The translations under genes were made by a program, and so were the position numbers. DNA of 56,887 nucleotides from a virus. Lineage: Duplodnaviria > Caudoviricetes. Within the stretch, counting starts at the first letter, position 1. Every line of letters begins with the position of its first letter. This document shows positions 50,111 to 56,887 of this stretch, piece by piece. Under the pieces are notes generated by a model that had not been told where the DNA came from, made no database searches, and saw only the letters and a list, made by a program, of their open reading frames with translations. The DNA lies in the IMG/VR virus record IMGVR_UViG_3300011189_000401, positions 1 through 56,887 of that record; one strand, 5' to 3'.

Positions 50111-50128
50111 GCTGCCTCCCTGATACTA

Positions 50129-50167
50129 CAATGGCCCCATCTCCAGTGAAAGGAAATGGGGCCATTG
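50129..50167. other. intergenic hairpin between the two chaperone genes
   Basis: CAATGGCCCCAT...ATGGGGCCATTG 12-bp inverted repeat. Confidence 0.6.
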
Positions 50168-50185
50168 GAAATAGATGCCTGACGC

Positions 50186-50596
50186 TTACTCCGCGTCTTC
50201 GTCCTCGACATCTTCTTCATCTGCGTCTTCTTCTTCGTCCTCGTCCGCACCAGCCGAGCCGAACTTCTCCATCAACTCGTCTTGAATCTCGTCCGGCAGG
50301 TAGTCGAAGCTCTCTTCCGGGTCTTTCGGGTTGAAATCGACCGGGGCACCAGTGGCGTCCACGATCCCCTGCCAACCGGCAAGCTGTTCGAGCACGAGGT
50401 TCAGCGACACCTGATTGCTCTTGAACTTGTTGACGCGACCTTTTTTGTTGAGGCCGACCATTCCATCTCGAATCTTCGCTTTGTCGCGTGCCCGCAGCTT
50501 CACAAGCTGGAACTCGGCGCGGTTCGGATCGTCCGCGTCCTCGGATTCTGGAACGTATGCAACCGGGGTGTTGGGTTTCTGAATCTGAATAGCCAT
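50186..50596 (-). CDS. tail assembly chaperone (G-like), 136 aa from MAIQIQK
   Basis: AGGAG RBS before the ATG at 50596; LAGWQGI motif; lies after the tail tube gene; the frame stays open further upstream. Confidence 0.7.
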   Translation of the reverse strand: MAIQIQKPNTPVAYVPESEDADDPNRAEFQLVKLRARDKAKIRDGMVGLNKKGRVNKFKSNQVSLNLVLEQLAGWQGIVDATGAPVDFNPKDPEESFDYLPDEIQDELMEKFGSAGADEDEEEDADEEDVEDEDAE

Positions 50597-50938
50597 ACTG
50601 TCTTCTCCTAGAAATCGTACTGCTGAATTGAAGTCTGTCACTGCTTCGTCGATTAGAACGCAGAACCAGTAAAAGAATTTTGTTGTTAATTTGATCGAGA
50701 GGGTGTATCGCCCGTCTTGTAACTGTCTTTTAGTTAAGCATAGGGAAGTTTGAAATGCAAACTTTGAGACCCAGCTTAGGACAGCCAGCGGCGCGCAATA
50801 CAGGATAGCTAGAAGCAGAATGCAACGTGCCCGGTGGAACACGGCGATATAAAACGCTAGAAGAGAGATGGCAATTGGGATAACTAATTGGTCGATAACA
50901 ACCTCCTTTTACAGTCATCCTTTCCCTTCACCTATACA

Positions 50939-50970
50939 AATTGCATAAGTAGGCAAAACTTTCCGCTCAG
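50939..50970 (-). promoter_or_regulatory. bipartite motif copy C (putative phage promoter)
   Basis: Minus strand CTGAGCGGAAAGTTT-N12-CAATT, just downstream of a terminator. Confidence 0.65.
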
Positions 50971-50994
50971 ACCCAAATTAACCGAGGTTAAGGC

Positions 50995-51024
50995 AAAAAA
51001 CCCCGCAGGGGTTACCCTGCGGGG
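50995..51024 (-). terminator. rho-independent terminator after the tail tube gene
   Basis: CCCCGCAGGG-TAAC-CCCTGCGGGG followed by TTTTTT. Confidence 0.88.
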
Positions 51025-51047
51025 TTAATCCGGGTCAAAGACTCAGA

Positions 51048-53003
51048 TTACTGCTCGACGTCCTCAGTTTGTCCGTTCACGAGGATGCAGATCAGGTCCG
51101 TGGTCTCGTACTCATCGTCCACGATGGCCGTGATAGGCATGTCGCTCTGGATGAAGCTACGGTCGCTGACGACCGGCGTCTCACCGTCAAACTTGCAACG
51201 AGGCAAGATGACGTACTGCTGAGGGAGGATGCCAGTGGCACCAATCTCAGCGCCTTGGGTCTCGGAGATGCATTTGAATTCGAGATAGAAGAAGCTTCCG
51301 TTTTTGAAGCGGTTGTAGTGCTTCCCGTCATCGAACTCCATCGTGAGCGTAGCGCTCACTTCAGCCTGCTCGGCGATGACAGCTAGTCGGTTCTTGGAAC
51401 CGAGGCCGTACTTGTCGGCGTTCAGGTTGTTCTCCAGCGAGACCTCTCCGCTCAGAACCTCTTCGTAATAACCGTCGATGTAGACCATCGACTCGAAGGA
51501 AGTGAGAGGGGCGTCCTTGCCGGTAACCGGGTCGGCCACGACGCGTGGCGTACGGTTGTCAACGTTCGATCCAGCGGGATGGAACATCTCAACTTGAGCG
51601 TTCGCACCAGAGTCGATGGTTCCATCAGCGTTGGAGAGGACCAGCTTGTAAACTTCGTCCTCGTCGGTGTAACCCTTGCCGTCACCAGCGCCAGCCAACA
51701 CCTTCTCGTTGTAGTAGATACCGGTACGCTCACCAATGGTGATCTCGGCGGCGTCCATCTCGGTGCGGCCTACGTCAGCCGGATTCGGGAACGCCTCAGC
51801 GTTCTCAATCAGGATGTAACCGGTAGCATCCACGTCATCCGGGTCACCGATAGGTGACGTAGCCGGGAGGACATCCTCCACGAGCGTCGCCATCGCGTGT
51901 TCCTTCTGACCGAGCAGTGAGGAAGTCGCGGTAACGATGCTGTTGGTCTCGAAGCTCCAAGTGAAGCTCGAACCCTTGCAACCCGTGTACATGAAGACCG
52001 CTGCGTCACGGTCGACCTCGACGGTCAGACCTTCAGGCAGGTAGCGGCCACGCTCGATGTGGTGAGTGAAGACACCGTTGTACTCGGTTTCCTCGTACTC
52101 ATACACGAAGGAGCCCTTCGCGGCCACGAGGTTGGCATTCACAGTGGACACGTCGGCCCATGCAAAGCCTGCGAAACCGAAGACGAAGTCACCGGCTTCA
52201 ACGGGGTTGGTACCCGTGTTGTCAGCGGGGACATCATTGGTGTCAAGGAACAGCTTGACGGTATCGACGTTGCCACCGTCAATCGTCACCTGTACTGCCA
52301 TTTGCCCGGTGTACTTGACCTTCCGACGAGATGGACCGATCTCAAGCAGGCCACCGTTGTCGTTGAATTCAGGTACATCATAGCCACTGCCGTCTGGTCG
52401 AGCAATCGGATAGATGGTGATAGAGGCACCACCGGTCGTCGCATCTTCCGGGTGATCGGAGTCAGTAGGGGTCACGCTGTGAACGTGGCTTCGCTCACTA
52501 CGGGTATAGGTATCGTACTCGTAACCAGTCGCGTCCTTGTCGAATCGGAGCGAGTTGTTAGCACCCGCTCGGTCAACCACTGCGAAGGTGCCGGTTGCAG
52601 CCAGGAATCCACCGGAGTGTTCCTTGGCCAGCGGAAGAACGCCTCGATCCGTGTCCTCACCGACCGCAGTCAAGACGTCATCTTCCATACGACCGTGGAC
52701 TCCACCGTCGCAATTAGGAGCCTTGATGTAGTCACCAAGGGTGTGTCGAATCAGCATTCCGAAGCCGGAAGCTGCTTGCTCAAAGGAGATGTCACCCGAG
52801 ATATCGAGGACACCGGGGATGATGTTATGACGACCACGGTCGCCTCGGATGGCTTCACTCTCAAGCGTCTCTTCCGACGCTGACAGACCTTCCGAAGTGA
52901 ACGCGAGAGCGTGGGTGGGGTTTACGGCCTCACCCCAGATGCTCTCTTCGCCGATAGCAACAGACGCCCTCGCGCCAGTTGCCTGCACTGTATTCTTACT
53001 CAT
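51048..53003 (-). CDS. major tail tube protein with large insertions
   Basis: GEESIWGE..LAFTSEGL..ESEAIRGDR, MYTGCK, SLENNL, ILPRCKFDGETP patterns; strong RBS and terminator. Confidence 0.8.
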   Translation of the reverse strand: MSKNTVQATGARASVAIGEESIWGEAVNPTHALAFTSEGLSASEETLESEAIRGDRGRHNIIPGVLDISGDISFEQAASGFGMLIRHTLGDYIKAPNCDGGVHGRMEDDVLTAVGEDTDRGVLPLAKEHSGGFLAATGTFAVVDRAGANNSLRFDKDATGYEYDTYTRSERSHVHSVTPTDSDHPEDATTGGASITIYPIARPDGSGYDVPEFNDNGGLLEIGPSRRKVKYTGQMAVQVTIDGGNVDTVKLFLDTNDVPADNTGTNPVEAGDFVFGFAGFAWADVSTVNANLVAAKGSFVYEYEETEYNGVFTHHIERGRYLPEGLTVEVDRDAAVFMYTGCKGSSFTWSFETNSIVTATSSLLGQKEHAMATLVEDVLPATSPIGDPDDVDATGYILIENAEAFPNPADVGRTEMDAAEITIGERTGIYYNEKVLAGAGDGKGYTDEDEVYKLVLSNADGTIDSGANAQVEMFHPAGSNVDNRTPRVVADPVTGKDAPLTSFESMVYIDGYYEEVLSGEVSLENNLNADKYGLGSKNRLAVIAEQAEVSATLTMEFDDGKHYNRFKNGSFFYLEFKCISETQGAEIGATGILPQQYVILPRCKFDGETPVVSDRSFIQSDMPITAIVDDEYETTDLICILVNGQTEDVEQ

Positions 53004-53022
53004 TTGTTCCTCCTGATAGTTC

Positions 53023-53565
53023 TTACTTCCTAGAGATTGTGCTCATGTCAACGAACGGATAAACGATTTTGATATTGACGTTTGAAACTGACCTCACCTC
53101 GTCGCCCACAAGCCGCCACTTGGGAAAGAGTTCACACTCTTCTAACGAAGGGGAACCGATTACAAATCCGTCGAGATCGAGGTTCCCATCGACAAGCTCA
53201 AACAACCACCATGCGATTTTCCGAAGCTTCTTAGACGCCGCCTTCGTCTCGACCTCGGGGATGATGTACTGAATCTGGCAGTAAAACTCGAACTTGCGTG
53301 ATACTTTGTGGGCTTTGCGCCCGCCGCCCATTCCACCGATGGAGTCACGACTTACACCAAACCCGCTGTTCCAAGCGTACAGTGCGGGCAAGTCAGCCAG
53401 CACAATCTCGTTTGGATTAACGTCATCAAATACGTTGGGTTGGTCCATGAACTTGAGGTAGGGGTCTTCTTCGAACCCTATCTCACACATGCGGATGATC
53501 TCTCTTTCGATATCGTTGATCAGCCCATCCTCGCTGACCTGTAGTGCTCTTCTCGATTTAGCCAT
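53023..53565 (-). CDS. putative tail terminator
   Basis: 180 aa directly upstream of the tube gene; DLPALY motif. Confidence 0.55.
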   Translation of the reverse strand: MAKSRRALQVSEDGLINDIEREIIRMCEIGFEEDPYLKFMDQPNVFDDVNPNEIVLADLPALYAWNSGFGVSRDSIGGMGGGRKAHKVSRKFEFYCQIQYIIPEVETKAASKKLRKIAWWLFELVDGNLDLDGFVIGSPSLEECELFPKWRLVGDEVRSVSNVNIKIVYPFVDMSTISRK

Positions 53566-53569
53566 AGAC

Positions 53570-54310
53570 TTACACCTTGAGTTCCAATTCGTTCAATGCG
53601 TCTACCAGTGGGGCTACAAAACCCTTCCTGACGAAGTTTTCCATCATCTCAGCAATCTGACTCCAGCGGTTGTTGTCGACCTGAAAGATGTCACCCTTGA
53701 GGATTCCCTGTTGTCGGAACCACTCGGTGAACGAAGGTCGACCGTCTCCACCTTGGAAATACAGCCTCGGGAACTCACCCTTGTTCATTCGGAAGCCACC
53801 GGACAGAAGCAGGTTGGTGGTGGAGAAATACTTATTACCTCCGTCGTCAAACGCCTCCATGATGCTGTCGTACATCAAGCCAGTCCAACGCGTGTGGTCG
53901 GTATACTTGATCTTTTTGTCAGCATGGTAGGCAGGATTGCCCTCATTCTTGCTCTTGTATCGAGTGTGAGGGGTGTGCTTCCCGAACTTGTTATCATGTT
54001 TGCTTTGAAGCTTCTCGAACCGCTCCTTCCAGATGTCTTTGTAGACGCTGGCGAGTTGCTGTCGGTAGAGATCGTTCCCATGCGATCCACCGGATGCCCC
54101 TTCGAACATGTCGCGGCGGTTCTTAAAGGCAATACCTGTCTCGAACATATCCTCGTTGACGAAGTTACTACCGAAGGTCTTCTTAGCCTTCCCGATGACC
54201 TCCTTCTTGGCAGCATCGAACTTCTGGTCAATCTTGTCCTTAATGGCCTGCCGCCCCCCATCATTGGAGAACCGCAGATTGAACATTCCGTTGTCTTCTT
54301 TGACTGACAT
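53570..54310 (-). CDS. putative neck/tail completion protein
   Basis: Synteny only (between adaptor and terminator genes). Confidence 0.45.
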   Translation of the reverse strand: MSVKEDNGMFNLRFSNDGGRQAIKDKIDQKFDAAKKEVIGKAKKTFGSNFVNEDMFETGIAFKNRRDMFEGASGGSHGNDLYRQQLASVYKDIWKERFEKLQSKHDNKFGKHTPHTRYKSKNEGNPAYHADKKIKYTDHTRWTGLMYDSIMEAFDDGGNKYFSTTNLLLSGGFRMNKGEFPRLYFQGGDGRPSFTEWFRQQGILKGDIFQVDNNRWSQIAEMMENFVRKGFVAPLVDALNELELKV

Positions 54311-55179
54311 TATTGAGTACCAGGGTTGAGTTTGCCGAAGATATCTTCAGTCTGCGCATCACGCTCAGTGTCGGCATTTTCAGCCATCGGAGCGAGGCCC
54401 GGACCCTCACCTTCGACACCCATCTGATCAATGAATTTGGGAAACGCCGCAGCCTCTGGTGGCGCATATCCTTCGGTCTCGATGTATGCCTTGACGTACT
54501 TTTCAGCGCGCTGTTTCCAACGAGCCGCATACGATCTCTTATCGGTGCTCGTTTCTTCTTTGTAGATAGAAGCGAACGTATCTGTGTATAGGTAGTACGC
54601 TGCTAGGTAGGTCGTCGCCACCGCGATAGCAGGTGGCACCGGTCTGGCCGGGTCCGTAGCCGTTGGGTCAAAGTGTCTGACCTCTCCATCCTCATAGTCG
54701 TCAACGGTCGAGGCTGACAACATCGTGTCAACCTGTACCTCGGCGTCTTCAATGTACTTCTCAGCTGCTTCATCTGAGATATGAGGGTCGAACTGAACCT
54801 TGACTTCATCTCCTGCTTCGATGGTCCCGAACCAGCAAGTTGAGGGCAAGGTGATAAGACCGTCTGGCGTCACGTAATCAGATGCGATACTCGCGCCCTG
54901 CGTAAGCAGGAATTCCTGATTAATGTTGTCGACAATCTTGTATGCATTGAACTCGGTAGGACTGGTGAACTTGATGACCAGTCTGAATTTCTTGTCAAAC
55001 GATGGGTCGAACTGGATAGCCTCAAAGTCGAACCCGAAGTCGGGATTGCCGGGTTGCCCTGGAGTGCTACTAGCAGCTTTCAGGTTGACGTTCACGATTG
55101 AGTCGGAAAACCGAATCACCTCGTTGTCACTGGCCTTCAAGATGCGTCTTACTTCGCTCAGCGTGGTATAGGTTGCCAC
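54310..55179 (-). CDS. putative head-tail adaptor
   Basis: YTTLSEVR at the N-terminus; YIEDAEVQVDTML...VPPAIAVATTYLAAYYLY; GTG start with AAGGAGG. Confidence 0.65.
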   Translation of the reverse strand: MATYTTLSEVRRILKASDNEVIRFSDSIVNVNLKAASSTPGQPGNPDFGFDFEAIQFDPSFDKKFRLVIKFTSPTEFNAYKIVDNINQEFLLTQGASIASDYVTPDGLITLPSTCWFGTIEAGDEVKVQFDPHISDEAAEKYIEDAEVQVDTMLSASTVDDYEDGEVRHFDPTATDPARPVPPAIAVATTYLAAYYLYTDTFASIYKEETSTDKRSYAARWKQRAEKYVKAYIETEGYAPPEAAAFPKFIDQMGVEGEGPGLAPMAENADTERDAQTEDIFGKLNPGTQ

Positions 55180-55198
55180 GAATCCTCCTTAACCCCGG

Positions 55199-55645
55199 TT
55201 AATCTTGACTCCTTCCTTCTGCCCACTTCCAGAAAAAGAACGACGCTGCCGTAAAGCCTGCGCCCATGACAAAAGTCACGTCAGGATTCTCATACCACTC
55301 TTCGACGGGCTCAGGCTTACGCTTGAACATCTCGTGTGCAAACTCGATCTCATCTCCTTGTCGGACTATGGTATCGGCCTGTATGTCAACGATGCCGTTC
55401 AGGATGAGCGCCTTCTTCTCAAGCGCTTCGTTTTCCTCAACGACCAGTGGGTACTTCCTGTATCTCTTCTGTAGTTCCTTGGACTTCTCCAACGTGGTGT
55501 AGAAGTAGACCTCGTCATCAATGATGATATGGTTCTTTCCACCTTCATCTTCTGGGATGAACTTACACTCCTGTGCCGCCCCCTGAACGGAGGCGAGGAC
55601 GCACAGGGCGATGGCGATGCTAGAAACCAAGTGCTTCCCACGCAT
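55199..55645 (-). CDS. secreted/membrane protein, possible spanin component
   Basis: Likely start MRGKHL at 55645 (AAGGAG RBS); signal peptide, coiled coil, C-terminal hydrophobic segment. Confidence 0.55.
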   Translation of the reverse strand: MRGKHLVSSIAIALCVLASVQGAAQECKFIPEDEGGKNHIIIDDEVYFYTTLEKSKELQKRYRKYPLVVEENEALEKKALILNGIVDIQADTIVRQGDEIEFAHEMFKRKPEPVEEWYENPDVTFVMGAGFTAASFFFWKWAEGRSQD

Positions 55646-55952
55646 CGTCCAACTCCTTGAGAGAGCCGTTGTCAACACTCTTGTCGACCGCAGCTTTCTT
55701 CTCTTCAATGGTCTGAATCTTCTTCTCCACGCCTTCTAGCTCTCGCTGCTTGGACGCCTTCTTGGTCTTATTCCGAGCGATGGCCTCCTTGGCCATGTCG
55801 AGGCGTTTCTCCATTGCCCACTCAGCTACCTTGCGTTCAGCGTCTGTGTCAGACCCCGAAACCACCTTGTAGATCAGGACTGTGGCAATGGCTGCAAAGA
55901 GAGCGAATGTGATCAGATGCCACTTATACTTCAGTATCGCATCTCTAATCAT
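55620..55952 (-). CDS. N-anchored coiled-coil membrane protein (i-spanin-like)
   Basis: One N-terminal TM helix followed by a charged coiled coil. Confidence 0.55.
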   Translation of the reverse strand: MIRDAILKYKWHLITFALFAAIATVLIYKVVSGSDTDAERKVAEWAMEKRLDMAKEAIARNKTKKASKQRELEGVEKKIQTIEEKKAAVDKSVDNGSLKELDDAWEALGF

Positions 55953-56356
55953 TTCGACTCCTTTGCGTACGTTTGAAACAGCATCTTGATGTGCTCCAAC
56001 TTCTCGTTGGCCACTTCTTGGTTGCCGTTCATTCGCTCCATTCTTACTTCAATATCATGGTAAGAGTCATTGAGGTCGCTTCGTTCTTCCGAAGCAGCCT
56101 TCATCCTCTTGTCAACGGTACTAAGCTCCTTGTTGACTTTGTCATCGATCTTGATGACGTCCTCTTCAAGATTGGTTACCCTGTGCTTCAGGGGAGCTAC
56201 ATCCTCCTTGATTACCCTTACATCTTCTCCCAATGTCTGAAGGTCACTACTGGTCGCGAAATGCGTTCCGAGCATTGTCATGACCAACATTAAGGCACCG
56301 AGGATCAGTGCCGAAGGGCTTTTGACGAGTTTTTCTGACAGCGATGTCAGATCCAT
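55949..56356 (-). CDS. N-anchored coiled-coil membrane protein (holin/antiholin-like)
   Basis: One TM helix plus a long coiled coil; GGAGG RBS. Confidence 0.55.
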   Translation of the reverse strand: MDLTSLSEKLVKSPSALILGALMLVMTMLGTHFATSSDLQTLGEDVRVIKEDVAPLKHRVTNLEEDVIKIDDKVNKELSTVDKRMKAASEERSDLNDSYHDIEVRMERMNGNQEVANEKLEHIKMLFQTYAKESK

Positions 56357-56367
56357 CTTAGCCCTCC

Positions 56368-56739
56368 TTACATAACTTCATCTTCTTCGATGTCGATTTC
56401 CAGGTCGGTAGCGATCTCCATCTTCTTCTCGATGAACTCACGAAGCCCTTTCAAGAGCCCCTTCATCATCTGGTAAGTGATGGCTGAGACCGAACCAAGG
56501 ATGACTCCGTCTCGTAAAACCTGCCGAACCGACTCCCCCTCTCCTAGAACTGCAACGGCGCATCCGACTACTATGCAGAGAACGCCCAGAACGAAGTCCT
56601 TCCATTCCGGCCAACGTTCCCTTACTTTCATGACCCAAGCCAGCAGTGAAACCAGTGCGAACACCGGCATCATCAGTGCTGGGGAGAAGCCCAATAGATC
56701 GATTGCAACGTCCCAAATTTTAGTGATCACCTCAGTCAT
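56368..56739 (-). CDS. putative holin
   Basis: 123 aa, about three TM helices, charged C-terminus. Confidence 0.6.
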   Translation of the reverse strand: MTEVITKIWDVAIDLLGFSPALMMPVFALVSLLAWVMKVRERWPEWKDFVLGVLCIVVGCAVAVLGEGESVRQVLRDGVILGSVSAITYQMMKGLLKGLREFIEKKMEIATDLEIDIEEDEVM

Positions 56740-56763
56740 TTTGTCCCCTTAAAGGGGCAACCC

Positions 56764-56887
56764 TTACTCGTCTTCAGCCTTTTCGTCCTTCTTGTCCTTC
56801 TTGTCCTTCTTGTCCTTCTTGTCCTTCTTGTCCTTCTTGTCCTTCTTGGACTTCTTTGGCTTCTTCTTTGACTTCTTGGAGTCACCC
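56764..56887 (-). CDS. 3' end of a Lys/Asp-rich protein (starts beyond the right edge)
   Basis: ...SKKSKKKPKKS(KKD)7EKAEDE* with stop at 56764. Confidence 0.65.
   Translation of the reverse strand, partial: GDSKKSKKKPKKSKKDKKDKKDKKDKKDKKDKKDEKAEDE
56785..56847. repeat. 9-bp tandem repeat (GTCCTTCTT)x7
   Basis: Seven perfect copies encoding KKD on the minus strand. Confidence 0.95.

Larger units (their letters stand above)
244..55202. repeat. dispersed 14-bp palindrome TTAACCNNGGTTAA (putative protein-binding site)
   Basis: Perfect copies start at 244, 623, 12000, 18308, 22984, 28652, 32164, 34692, 38852, 46137, 48432, 50978, 55189. One-mismatch copies start at 3775, 4156, 7593, 7766, 10214, 13711, 15220, 20970, 24851, 38039, 42086. 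Two-mismatch copies at 12010, 27481, 51025. Read manually. Confidence 0.92.

Noticed and set aside
50597-50990. tRNA or structured ncRNA in the long AT-rich gap
   Set aside because: No cloverleaf or convincing extended structure seen by eye; needs an Infernal/tRNAscan run
244-55202. Palindrome as a CRISPR repeat, REP element or transposon end
   Set aside because: Only 14 bp, dispersed at kb scale, variable centre; no spacers, transposase or target duplications
244-55202. Palindrome as a CtrA box
   Set aside because: CtrA sites are TTAA-N7-TTAA; these are TTAA-N6-TTAA with conserved CC..GG
1-56887. Alternative genetic code or host assignment
   Set aside because: Genes are intact under the standard code with TAA, TAG and TGA stops. 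Many proteins look acidic, but that is not enough to name a host

Overview
This window is a segment of a large tailed dsDNA phage genome, probably siphovirus-like: it has a tail tube and a 3425-aa tape measure protein, and no sheath gene is visible. Essentially all credible genes are on the minus strand. In transcription order (right to left) the blocks are: holin/spanin-like membrane genes; neck and tail genes (adaptor, terminator, tube, two chaperones, tape measure, three giant tail-tip proteins); a replication/recombination block (SF2 helicase, DnaC-like loader, DnaB helicase, adenine methyltransferase, primase, NDT-like/guanylate kinase fusion, DnaE, UvsY-like, SSB, UvsX/RecA, SbcD, KH protein, endolysin, SbcC, RuvC-like); and a class II ribonucleotide reductase. 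The most striking unexplained signal is a 14-bp palindrome, TTAACCNNGGTTAA. By eye I found 13 perfect and 11 one-mismatch copies spread over the whole window, at gene junctions and inside unrelated genes. In the frame where it would create a stop codon, the mismatch falls at the base that removes that stop. A second bipartite motif, GCGGAAARKTT-N12-CAATT (3 copies), looks like a phage-specific promoter. All protein calls come from visual motif recognition, not database searches, and motif counts are manual.
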